Origin: Phoronis australis
Lineage: Eukaryota > Animalia > Phoronida
DNA length: 64,000 bases
Reading direction: 5' to 3'
Assembly: GCA_002633005.1 (NCBI GenBank)
Contig: NMRA01000458.1
Coordinates: 1-64,000 of the forward strand
Positions 27,001 to 36,440 of this stretch are shown here, piece by piece. Within the stretch, counting starts at the first letter, position 1; every line of letters starts with the position of its first letter. The translations under genes were made by a program, and so were the position numbers. A model generated the notes under the pieces. The model was not told the DNA's origin. It did not search any database and was given only the letters and a program-made list of their open reading frames with translations.

Positions 27001-30000
27001 CCGATAGCCTGGGAGATTGTCTATCTACAGACAAAAAGCATACAAATCCTTTTAGAGACAGCCGAGCTATGGGTCTGCAAACCAAAACTGTGAAGAATGG
27101 CCGCCACAACGCCACCTTGCTTCTGATTTCACCAAAAAGCAACAGCCTTCGAACAATTCACGAGAAATATGTTGTCCGTACATTCCACGTTTTATACTAA
27201 ATGCGACCTGAGGCGTGCGAACAAAGAAACAAACAAGCAACAGTCTTGGAGTACTTTGTAAATCACTTTCTTGATGCCCAAAATATGAGTGCATCCTACG
27301 GCGAATCTCTTAACTCTGTTCAGTACTCTTAATCTCCAATGCAAAATTTGTTAAGTGAAATAAAAATTTACCACGAACGAGCGATGTGCTTTTCTGTTGT
27401 TCTTTGCCGGCATACTTTCCCGCGCGTCTACTGGAAAAGATGTATCCGAACGCTTGTGGCAGCAGGCGTTTCCTAATACTCCGAGTAGAGAGCTATCTTC
27501 TGGTACCCTTTTTCAATTGCCAGACTGAGAGATGAATCAAATAAGCACTTTTTTAATCTGACTCCCCGACAATAACACGTTGTACTACGATAGCTATAGG
27601 CTTCTCAGTTAAAAGATACGGTCTAGCCGTAATGCATCGACTGTATTAGCTATAAAGATCGGGTTTAAACGCTTTTCACCATTGAAAACTGCTAAATGGT
27701 TTGATATTTTTAACATGAGTTGGAGTATCTCCACAAGCACGTGAGAATTTGAAAAAAGCTCCTTTTCAGGGAAATACAAACTACCAGAGGACGCAAGAAA
27801 TGTCCAAACAGAGAAATTTCGGAAATATGGCAAGATATACAAAGAGAAAATTGGAGGCCAGAATTTCGTGCATATACACGAACCGGAAGACATGATGACA
27901 ATGCATAAACATGAAGGGAAATATCCGGTGCGAGGAATTGTGGATCTCTTGAAAGTCTACCATGAAAGAACAGGAAAACCAAAAATCTTAGTCGCGTAAG
28001 TATGCCTAATGAATTTGCCAGCTAAGACTTATATTGCAGTGTTGTCAAATATTGGGACATCCATAATTAATGAACCGAATACATAACTTCAACAAATGTA
28101 TGCTTATGAGAACCTAATTCTACTTTTGTTGTGGTTTCAGAAAACGAAAGCAAACCTTTTACCTGTTTTGAAAGTTTTTAGTGAACAACAAAATTGGAGG
28201 TGAAGCACGAGAGTTTTTAAACAGCAGTTTCGGTCAATCATCAAAAAATGACCTGATTCATCCCACAAACGGTACTGGTACACGGGCCTTTCCAGGGACA
28301 ATTACTCACCTCAGATTATCCACGGTACAGCTAAAGAAATCAGCTGCCCTCATTGTAATTGTAAACTGCAGCCATTTGGGGTTTAGATAATTCAGTACCG
28401 ATACCGGAATGTTTCAAAGCACAAAGTGTGGTGTACCTCATTAAGGTATTCATAATCGAGTTTTTCCTATTGACTAATTACTAAAGCAGGAACTCAGGGC
28501 CGGTGCAAATGTAGCTAACCAGAGGCAGAAAAACTATCCAATTAGGTCGCTATTTTTAACTGTTAGTTATATCATGCTTTGTAGGAGACAGAAGTTCCGT
28601 TTCGCGTTGGTACAGACGAAAAACTTGCAGTCATACCCTGAACAAAATCGCTTTTTTATTGGGCAGATTTCAGCAGCTATTCAGAGGCTTGTGAAACTAA
28701 GAATTCCAATCCTAACATGAAAATGCGCTTTTCGCACGCGGAGATGACATGCATCCGATCCTGGTCTGTTTCACACGCTGACTTTTAAAAGTACTAAAAA
28801 CATTTTTAAGGTCTTTGGGTCGACGTTGTGGCTCTGAGTGGCTTGAGTGATGAGATTAGGAAAAGTTGGGCGCTCTTGGCACACGTGCCGTTGCGGTAGG
28901 TGCCCAAAACGCGCCGAGTCGTTGTCGATTCCGTATCGTGTAGTTATTTTTTAAATATAAGGCAAGATGAGTATAACATGTGCAATGTCAGGAAAATTAA
29001 ATCGTTTACAGCACGCAGATGGCGCTGAACGTAGACCGTTTCTTGGTTATTAGGTCAAAGTTATAACTTTCATTTGATATTAAAAGATAAATTGTAGTGA
29101 AATTTGGAAAGGCCGGTCAGTTCTATACGTGGATATCTAAAACGCTTTAGGCGGTCGTGTATCGGCTAGTCTTTTGACGGAAACAAATTCGTATTATGCT
29201 GCGGAAAATATTGATATCTATTAGGTAAAAACAAGGGGCATGGTTTTGATTTTTATTGTTCGAAGTTGTAGGAAATCAGTGGCGGATCTAGGATACCATA
29301 AGGGGGGCAACATGTTGCCTCGAGGAATTGGGCAAAGCTGTATTGTATGTGCACAGGCCCGAAAGTTGTGGGGGCCGGGAATGTGGCCCTCCTGTTCGGA
29401 AAATCCATCGATGGACTAAAAGAAATAAATAAATTAAAAAAAAAAACGGGAGCACGATCCCTCATCCGCTACGTGTCCTAGTTGCTGAACTCAATATTTC
29501 CTCACGCTTCACGCTGTTTCATTTTGCTTGCAGCCCCTCCCCCCTAAATCCGCCTATGGAAATCAGGGGCGGATCCAGGATTTTGAGTTAGGGGGGCCAG
29601 GGCACGGGAATAACCAGAATTGCGGCAGATGTGTGCGCCCAGCCTAAAATGTGGGGACGCAGAGGCCTCGAATGTTTGGGGTTGCGGACCTGCTGACTAA
29701 ATAAAAAACAAAAAAGGTAAACGGGGCTTGTTCAGTTTGCTCAGGCCTATGCATTGTTTATTCACCCCCCTNCATGGGAATAACCAGAATTGCGGCAGAT
29801 GTGTGCGCCCAGACTAAAATGTGGGGACGCAGAGGCCTCGAATGTTTGGGGTTGCGGACCTGCTGACTAAATAAAAAACAAAAAAGGGTAAATGGGGTTT
29901 GTTCAGTTTGCTCAGGCCTATGCATTGTTTATTCACCCCCCTTCCCCCGACGAACCCCTGCTTGCGCGCATCCGAACTCACAAATGGTATCTGGTAGAAT

Positions 30001-33000
30001 TTTAGGGGGGCCATGGCCCCCTTGCCCTCCCCCCTAAATCCGCCACTGGCAATACACCTTCTATAAAGCATATCTTATTTTATTGATCACTTTCTGTTTC
30101 TCAATTGGTAACAGATTGCTCCACATGTATACTCAGATTGGGAATGATTACCTAGCTTTAAATTAGATAACATTTGAATATTTCTTCAGACCATGCTACA
30201 TGTAGATATGCTACCTGACGCCCTCGCTGGTTAGAATCAATAATTAACTGGTAATTATTTTCAATCTCACAACAAGTTACTTGTAATCTAAGTAAGACAA
30301 TTGAGCCCAATTTTATGACTATAAAATCAGGAGTCTGTTTATGTAGTAGGAGGGTTGAATTAAGTAATTTTCTACGTCTGCACATTCATGAATTGATAGA
30401 CATTGTCTTTGTACCCTGAATGTCGATATATGCAATCGTTCATCAATGTACTCGAACATGTATCAAATTGGACGAGTGGTCATGCGACCTAATACTGCAT
30501 GTGCGAAACTGGAATACTTCAAAAACCGCCTGATAAGGTTTTTGGTTGAAACTCAGATATGTTTAGTCTATCTGAGGTTGAAAATTGTTCATTTCTGCTT
30601 TCAGAACTGGAGAAGAACACCTTTACTACAGGACAAAATTGCAACAACAGCTCTTGCGACCAGACATGGTCAGTTACTATCTCGATATTCAAGGGGGAGT
30701 AGCAGACGATTTTATTACTAGAATTCGCGCCATTTTGGATGACAACAAGGAAGTGATGAACCTTTCAGACGAACTGTTTAACTATGCCTGTGAAGGTAAT
30801 AGCACGTGTCGCTACAGCGATAAGATGTACTTTGATGCATCTTTCATGGAAGTGTTAAGATAACTTGAGCAAAGTCAGTTAATTGTTTGAGGGGGGGAAG
30901 ATTCTTTATGCCAACATCTACCGAAAATTAATCCTTCATTCAAACCTGTGTATGGGAAGTGCGTGCTCCGTAAATGAATCTGTCGATTCTATTATTTTAG
31001 ACTAATACTTCAACATAAGCGAAATGCTCCCCTGGTTAGTTATTTGGTTAAATGGAGCAGTCCATGTTAGACAGCAATGGCCAAGTGACATGGCTTAAAA
31101 TTTTGGCCTTCTGGTTTTGCTGCATTAACCAGACGGCCATTTAGATTACAGTGAATTTCTACACTTGCATATCTAAGACTTATATTGTCTTCCAGCATAC
31201 TTGTTGTCAAAAATCTTTCTCGAACTGGCAAGAATTGGTACATGGGGTAAAACTGACAGGTCATGGGATCGAGGATAAACACGTTTGTAGTAAAGATACC
31301 GGTTTCACGTCAACTCGTTTTCTATTTGAACTGAGTGATTCACAATTCGAGGAAGACTTTTCTCATTGGTTCCGCTAGAACTTTCTCTGATGGTTCAACT
31401 GCACGTGAGTTTACAAGAAAAACTGAAAATATAGGTCGCAGGTCTCCATCAAACATTCACCATATGGCGAATATACGTCGCGGAACCGTAATGATTTCTG
31501 ATGAAATCAACTGGCCTTGATTTGTGTCATTTACCATCTCCTGGGATATATTTCGTGAAAAGTGACTCCAGACTTAACACAGAAATTTGGGCTTACCTCC
31601 ACATAATTATTTTTGAAAATAATTTAATCTCACTAGAGGCAATAATACAAAGGCTCTGAAACAATACCCGTACTCCTAATTAAAGGGGTAATTTTATCAA
31701 TTATTTCTCGACTGTGATGGACTCATAATTACTTAGTTATACATTTAGTCACCAATTGTGTAGTGGCAGCGTAAGACCGAATTTCTGTCTTGTGCTTTAA
31801 ATCACTTTCATGAAACGAACTCTTGATCTTAAGTTTTAGGGTCTCGAGTGATTTGTTTAAATAGCGTTGTAATCGAATTGCGGTACAACGTCGTCTTGGT
31901 TCGATTACCGATGTCTTTGTTAGAGACTGCTGGTATTTCTGATTTACGAACGGTTCTAAAGTTTACTTATTTAAGGTTGTCGTAATCACGAGAGAATATC
32001 GTATCCTGATTCTTATTACTGTAAGGAAAATGTATTTCTGAACCGAATTTACACATTTATTGTAACGGTAGTTGTGTACGGCCCGCCGGCTTCTGCCACA
32101 AGTTCAGTGACCCAAGTTGCATATTGTTTGTAGTTCATACCTTATTCGAAATGAACGGGAGTATTGAAACAATCCGCCCGTGTACCAGTAAATTGACCAA
32201 GTTTCACAAAAAGTGTTTGGTGATGACAAAATCTATCCTGCCTTATGTCATCAATGTAGATTATTTTCTCTTGAAAGAAGGAATAAATGACTAAAATGAC
32301 GCAAGGCCGGACATTCGTGTCCTCAGAGCATGGATGCTGTGGGTTGGTTTAGAATCTCTACTTATGCTTAACTCGTCAGCCCTTGTAGCCGGCTTCCATG
32401 CAGTTGACTGAATAAGTTCATTCTTCTGCATGTATTTAACTCAACTCGTGTTTCAGCTGTTGGTGCCGTTTCCTTTGACAAACGGTTGAACTGCATGTGT
32501 GACAACCCAGAAGCTGAAATAAAAGACTTCATAAGGGCGCTCAACGACTCTTTCCACTATATCAGTAAATCGATGGTATCTTTTCCTTGGTACAAGTACT
32601 TCCGGTCCCCAATGTACAGAGCGTTTGAAAAAGACTACAATTCCGTCAATGAGTAAGTATAATCCCGTGAAAATTGCCCACATACGTGACAGATTTGAGA
32701 GTTATGTTGAAGAAGAAATTATGCTGGTTTTGCAAAAAAATCGCAAAAAGCCGCTCAAGCCCGTTGCGTTGGCTAAAAATCGATTTAGGCGTTTTAGTTA
32801 CTCTCATAATAACTGGTCTCACAATATTCCTTAACGCAGTGCAATTCTATAATTCTGTTATCAACGGAAATGTCGAAAGTACCTGTTTTAGCCGCTCAAG
32901 AGAACACTTCAGAGTTTATTGGGGTTTGCTAGCCCTAATATTGCGAATTCGAAAATGGTTTATTGCTAGCGGCTTGAGTTGCCGGCTCATTCGACACAAT

Positions 33001-34551
33001 TAACTACAATATTGAACTGCTTTCTAATTCACACTGCAGCATTTCCATCTTCACATAATCCACTCTTATAACTGTTTTAGATTGTCCAAAAAGTATACGG
33101 ATGAAGCATTTGAGCGTCTGGAGGAATCTAAGTCGAGAGGGGAGCTCCCTGAAAATAACACTTTTATTATGCAGTTGCTTACCCAGGAAAATCTAACCAA
33201 AGACGAAGTGATGGCGGCAACCACGGCTTTATTTGTTGGCGGAGTCGAATCGGTGAGATGAAAGTGAAGGTGTTATTGATTTAATATTTTAGAATGCACT
33301 ACTATTATTTGTATTCAACATGTTTTTTGTTATTGTGTAATTGCATAAAATTAATGCAGAACGAATGCTAATTTAAGAAGTAACATGTACAATTTTGTAC
33401 GGTTGCAGCCAGGATCGGCGACTCTTGACATGTTGTACAATCATTGTCACGTTTTATAAGAATTTTGCTTATTTGTTTTTACGACGGAAAATTATTTCAG
33501 ACAGCAAAGACTTTAGGATGTCAGCTCTATCTGTTGGCGACAAATCCAGAATGGCAAGAGGCGGTACGAGAGGAAGTCAACGGGCTCCTCCCTGGCAAAG
33601 CACCGTTGACGGGCAAGATTATGAGCAGTATGCCTCAGCTGAAGTCTTTTGTGAAGGAGTGTTACAGGGTCGCCTTCCCCACAGTCTTTGGCAATGCCAG
33701 AATCCTTGACCACGACGTTGTAATGAGTGGATATCGTGTACCCGCGGGGGTAAGTGTACACGACTCAAGACATGCCCGGAAGTCGAATAATTGGAATAAA
33801 GCTGTGCAATCGATATCTATTTTGTTATGGTTTCTTTATTAAAGTTGTAAGCCATAAGTTCTTATATTAAAATGTTTTCCAAAATGCATTGTTGAATCCA
33901 ATTTAAAAGACATAGGATGTTTTTATGCATTTAAAGTTGTACCACAAGGCGGTCGTGCAGATTTGTTCTGTTTCAGTGAAGGTTATCCTTAACTTCTGTT
34001 GTGTTTTTCCCAGACCCAGATTGTGAGCAATTCCAACGCCGCTCTGCGTTTACCTGACTTCTTCCAAGACCCAAACAAGTTTAACCCACAACGTTGGCAA
34101 AGGGAACATAGAAAGGAAAACATTTTGCCACCAAATGAGGCCGCTGTGATTAACCTTCCATTTGGAAAGGGGATTCGGTCTTGCATTGGAAAGCGATTTG
34201 CAGAGCAAGAGATCTATCTGGCATTAACAAAGGTATGAATCAATTTGGCTCCAACAGAACGTCAAAGAAATGCTTTGAGTTTTAAAATACAAAAATGTAG
34301 ACTTTATTATTTTCATTAACACCTGTTACGTTGGGCTTTCTTTGATATGCCAGCTACTCGGTTTGTCATTAGCATCAAGTTATTTTCGATGTCTTTAGAA
34401 TAATAGTTAATGTCATCTTAATATCTGTCTCTGATTTCAGATACTTCAGCACTTCCGGGTTGAATATCACCATGCCCCCATAGAGTTCATGTCAAATGGG
34501 ATGTTCACAGATCTCGAATATTCCCCAAAGCTCCGGTTCGTCGACATCTGA
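8840..34551 (+). CDS. Cytochrome P450, mitochondrial clan (P450-A), complete 8-exon gene, 527 aa
   Basis: Exons 8840-9059, 27770-27995, 30605-30795, 32457-32652, 33081-33252, 33501-33749, 34014-34232, 34441-34551. All introns are GT..AG with compatible phases (1,2,1,2,0,0,0); total 1584 nt with no internal stop. Motifs: R/S/A-rich presequence without a TM anchor, KPFDEIPGP, I-helix GGVES-T, LKSFVKECYR (ExxR with the two Lys typical of ferredoxin-dependent P450s), FNPQRW, heme signature PFGKGIRSCIGKRFAEQE. Confidence 0.92.
12112..12557 (-). mobile_element. tRNA-derived SINE interrupted by a MITE (about 12262-12490)
   Basis: Reverse complement of 16900-17136; A box TGGCCTAGTG and B box GTTCGAATCC on the minus strand. 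Confidence 0.75.
13675..13780. repeat. Dispersed repeat, inverted copy at about 41778-41878
   Basis: CACGAGGGAAGTTGAAATTCGAAATTCATCAAAAAACACGCAACATTCGTGCACAGCACAG matches the reverse complement of 41780-41842. Confidence 0.7.
14372..15118. repeat. Old diverged tandem duplication, about 370-bp unit x2
   Basis: 14372-14735 and 14742-15118 are collinear (GATTTACATG.TTATGTATCTA ... AAGAAATGA ... CATTG.TCAT). Confidence 0.75.
15243..15503. mobile_element. MITE with CATGCGCGC termini (copies at about 12262-12490, 29628-29972, 58464-58701)
   Basis: CATGCGCGCACC...GGCGCGCGCATG; flanks CACAG/CACGG; shared internal GTTCAGAGCTATGAATTG...GCGGACCTTTTTGCCCACTT. Confidence 0.75.
15510..15660. repeat. Dispersed repeat, possibly a Tc1-like MITE end; inverted copy at 41270-41425
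   Basis: TTGAAGTGTGTACATTTTTGGGA.ACAC matches the reverse complement of GTGTGTCCCAAAAATGTACACACTTCAA. Confidence 0.7.
15948..18114. mobile_element. Possible non-autonomous DNA transposon with TAGACC-type TIRs
   Basis: ATAGACCTAACTCACGC at 15948 versus GCGTGAATTAGGTCTAT ending at 18114 (1 mismatch in 17). No clear TSD. Confidence 0.35.
16900..17136 (+). mobile_element. tRNA-derived SINE
   Basis: GGAGGCAGTGTTGCCTAGTG (A box) ... GGGATCGAGTCCCA (B box), followed by a non-tRNA body shared with 12112-12258. Confidence 0.75.
20043..21580 (+). mobile_element. 5'-truncated, frameshifted Tx1/L1-type LINE (3' part of ORF2)
   Basis: WSRRKISFFGKVTVVKTL..PKFIH..., FIWNNKVERVKR...EEGG.KM, LWQN..I, LRTLQFKLLHKILVTN...CTFC...ETVVHILFEC (C-terminal CCHC zinc finger); A-rich end near 21573. 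Confidence 0.9.
22170..22545 (+). mobile_element. Tc1/mariner transposase DDE-domain relic
   Basis: From 22382: LLEDGVIFMDDNAR...IK*NGKSLQCN / PMELMCLDL, matching FMxDNA...WPxxSPDLNPIExxW. Confidence 0.6.
23583..25045 (+). mobile_element. Kolobok-type element family K1, rearranged: left arm, inverted left arm (24210-24469), right arm
   Basis: TTAA|AGGAGAATGCCAC at 23583; GGGTGGCATTCTCCT|TTAA ending at both 24469 and 25045; THAP remnant RCIVPACPN...SFF..P...KWL...CGRHF. Confidence 0.85.
27770..27995 (+). CDS. P450-A exon 2
   Basis: ttttcAG acceptor; GKYKLPEDARNVQTEKFRKYGKIYKEKIGG...HEGKYPVRG...KPKILVA; donor GTAAGT at 27996. Confidence 0.92.
29277..29558. mobile_element. MITE (CAGTGGCGGAT...ATCCGCCTATG), same family as 44188-44473
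   Basis: TIRs and a perfect 5-bp TSD, GAAAT. Confidence 0.8.
29564..30048. mobile_element. MITE (CAGGGGCGGATCC...ATCCGCCACTG) with a nested CATGCGCGC-family MITE
   Basis: TIRs; flanks GAAAT/GCAAT; carries an insertion relative to the 7773-7911 copy. Confidence 0.75.
29603..29942. other. 170-bp tandem duplication around a single N (probable assembly overlap)
   Basis: 29603-29771 is nearly identical to 29773-29942; N at 29772. Confidence 0.8.
30605..30795 (+). CDS. P450-A exon 3 (helices C-E)
   Basis: TGEEHLYYRTKLQQQLLRPDMVSYYLDIQGGVADDFITRI...ELFNYACE; 191 nt, same length as P450-B exon 3. Confidence 0.93.
32457..32652 (+). CDS. P450-A exon 4
   Basis: AVGAVSFDKRLNCM...FPWYKYFRSPMYRAFEK; 196 nt, same length as P450-B exon 4; donor GTAAGT. 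Confidence 0.93.
33081..33252 (+). CDS. P450-A exon 5 (into I-helix)
   Basis: LSKKYTDEAFERL...LTKDEVMAATTALFVGGVES; ttttAG acceptor, GTGAGA donor. Confidence 0.93.
33501..33749 (+). CDS. P450-A exon 6 (I, J, K helices, beta1-4)
   Basis: TAKTLGCQLYLLATNPEWQEAVREEV...MPQLKSFVKECYRVAFPTVFGNARILDHDVVMSGYRVPAG; donor GTAAGT. Confidence 0.95.
34014..34232 (+). CDS. P450-A exon 7 (meander and heme-binding Cys)
   Basis: TQIVSNSNAALRLPDFFQDPNKFNPQRW...LPFGKGIRSCIGKRFAEQEIYLALTK; donor GTATGA. Confidence 0.96.
34441..34551 (+). CDS. P450-A exon 8 (C-terminus)
   Basis: tttcAG acceptor; ILQHFRVEYHHAPIEFMSNGMFTDLEYSPKLRFVDI*, a typical P450 C-terminal strand. Confidence 0.92.
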   Translation: MLQHFRVEYHHAPIEFMSNGMFTDLEYSPKLRFVDI

Positions 34552-34569
34552 AAATCTTGCGATAAAAAC

Positions 34570-34810
34570 CTGGGTCCCGGAAAAATCCATTAATCTCCGA
34601 ACTCCAACTATAAATTTTTCTCGATATTGTTGTGTTCAAATTTGAAGTGGAAATCTTAAGTTTGAACTCGAGTTTTTAGGTTATCTAAAAGGGTCGTCAA
34701 GCGCGAACTTGTATTAGTAAGTACTCGATGGCGCACTTCATCAAATACATTTTTAATAAGTTCATACTAAAAGAGAACGAACAATTTAAACACTAACTTG
34801 AGGTTCATGT
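34570..34810. mobile_element. Diverged copy of a palindromic MITE (compare 59100-59482) in the P450-A 3' UTR region
   Basis: GGGTCC.GG start; TGAACTCGA..., TCTAA.GGGT.GTCAAG.GC.AACTTG shared with 59256-59347. Confidence 0.55.
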
Positions 34811-35498
34811 TCAGAGATTCGTTTTCAGGTACACTGATTTAAGATTTGAAAGCCAGCTGTGCACTATTGCCAGACATTTAAATGAAATACACTAAATGTG
34901 AAATGAGATCTGAGTGCACAAAGTTGATGCCCTGCTAGAAGTTACGCAATTGATAAAAATCCTTCCGGTTTATTATTGCTTTTCTGTAATAGAGTTGTGC
35001 TGGAATTGAAACTCAGATATAAAAGGTTTTTGCTCTTTCTGTTTAACTTTCTGTTTTTTTTCAACATTTCATATCTGCTACATGTATAATTATTTACACG
35101 AAAATGTTCAGAAAATATAATTCAAAAACGGAAAATTAAAATGCATAACCAAGGCCATTTCCCAACCTTATCCAAGCACTTGCCCAGTCAGCTACAAAAA
35201 CCTCCGCAACCGTCAAGGAGTCACTGCCTTGCCCTGCACCCTCTCCCCATGCGCCATTTACCCATCAACACGAAAACACAATCGTATCACTGCACCCTTT
35301 AAGCTGGTTTGTGATGAGAAACGAAGATAAAAACTCACACCAATTTTGCTCCTCTCAGATGGATCGCATCAATTTTCATAAACATAAACCAGAACCAACT
35401 GTTGTTTGGCTTGATTTTAATCTTCCGTATTTCAGTTTTCAGACCGGAAAAACAGCCAAACTACCTCACGACCTGGATTATGAGATGTCAATTTTAAA

Positions 35499-35500
<2 letters not shown>

Positions 35501-35557
<57 letters not shown>
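35501..35557. repeat. (AAT)19 microsatellite
   Basis: Perfect trinucleotide run. Confidence 0.97.
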
Positions 35558-35558
<1 letters not shown>

Positions 35559-36440
35559 CCCGTCTGCTGGAAGGAACATTATCGTTTTTCACTGTCGAAA
35601 AACGCATTTTGGGGATTATAATTGAATGTCATAGACTTCATGACGTTGTTAGCTTTGTGAAGAGCTTTAAAACAACAAACTATGGTGCATTTTGTGATGT
35701 AATTACAACTCTCACCGTTGTATGCCACACAGTCGCTGAAATCAGTACCGCGCCAGTGTATTTGGCATTTCAATACTCCATTGAGCGATTGGGATTTGAC
35801 TTAAATGCAGAGTCTTCAAGTGCTCATGGGTTCGATTCCGCGTTACTGTAGACTTATGTAAAAAAATTAACAGCAAGAACGTCAGTTTAATTAACTGTTG
35901 ACAGGAAATGCATTAATAACAACGAACGTTAGACCTCCGGCTTGAGAGTTATATGACTGGCGAGCAAACTGATGAGGTTACCTAAAGCCAGTCACGCATG
36001 TTGTCTTCCGAGTATAACGAACTAAAGTTCCCAGTTGATTACAAACTTGTCACTAGGAGATAACAAATGTGCAATAATTTTTACATGGCCACCTCGACAC
36101 ACACGCAGCATAAGTCTGTCAAATTTAAAAGTATTCTTTCCAATGTATTTTAGCTTAAAATATTCATGAAACGTATTATAACGCACGTTAGTTCAGTCGA
36201 AACCTAGCTCCAAATTATGTTCATTCAACATAGCTCCAGATATTTACAAATTTAACTGAATTTAACATGATTTTTTTTAAATTAATGTTAATTTTTGGTG
36301 GTGTACCGCCATATGTAATCAGGTCCCCGCGAAAACCCAGCCCACTTTTAGACCCTTAAAAATATTATTAAATAAAGCAAAAGCATAGGGTTGAAAGTTA
36401 CGAAATGTTTGTATTTTAGTGATATCTTCCGACTGATTAA

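Noticed and set aside
35311-35625. ORF with a poly-Asn run
   Set aside because: Produced by the (AAT)n microsatellite; no other coding signal.
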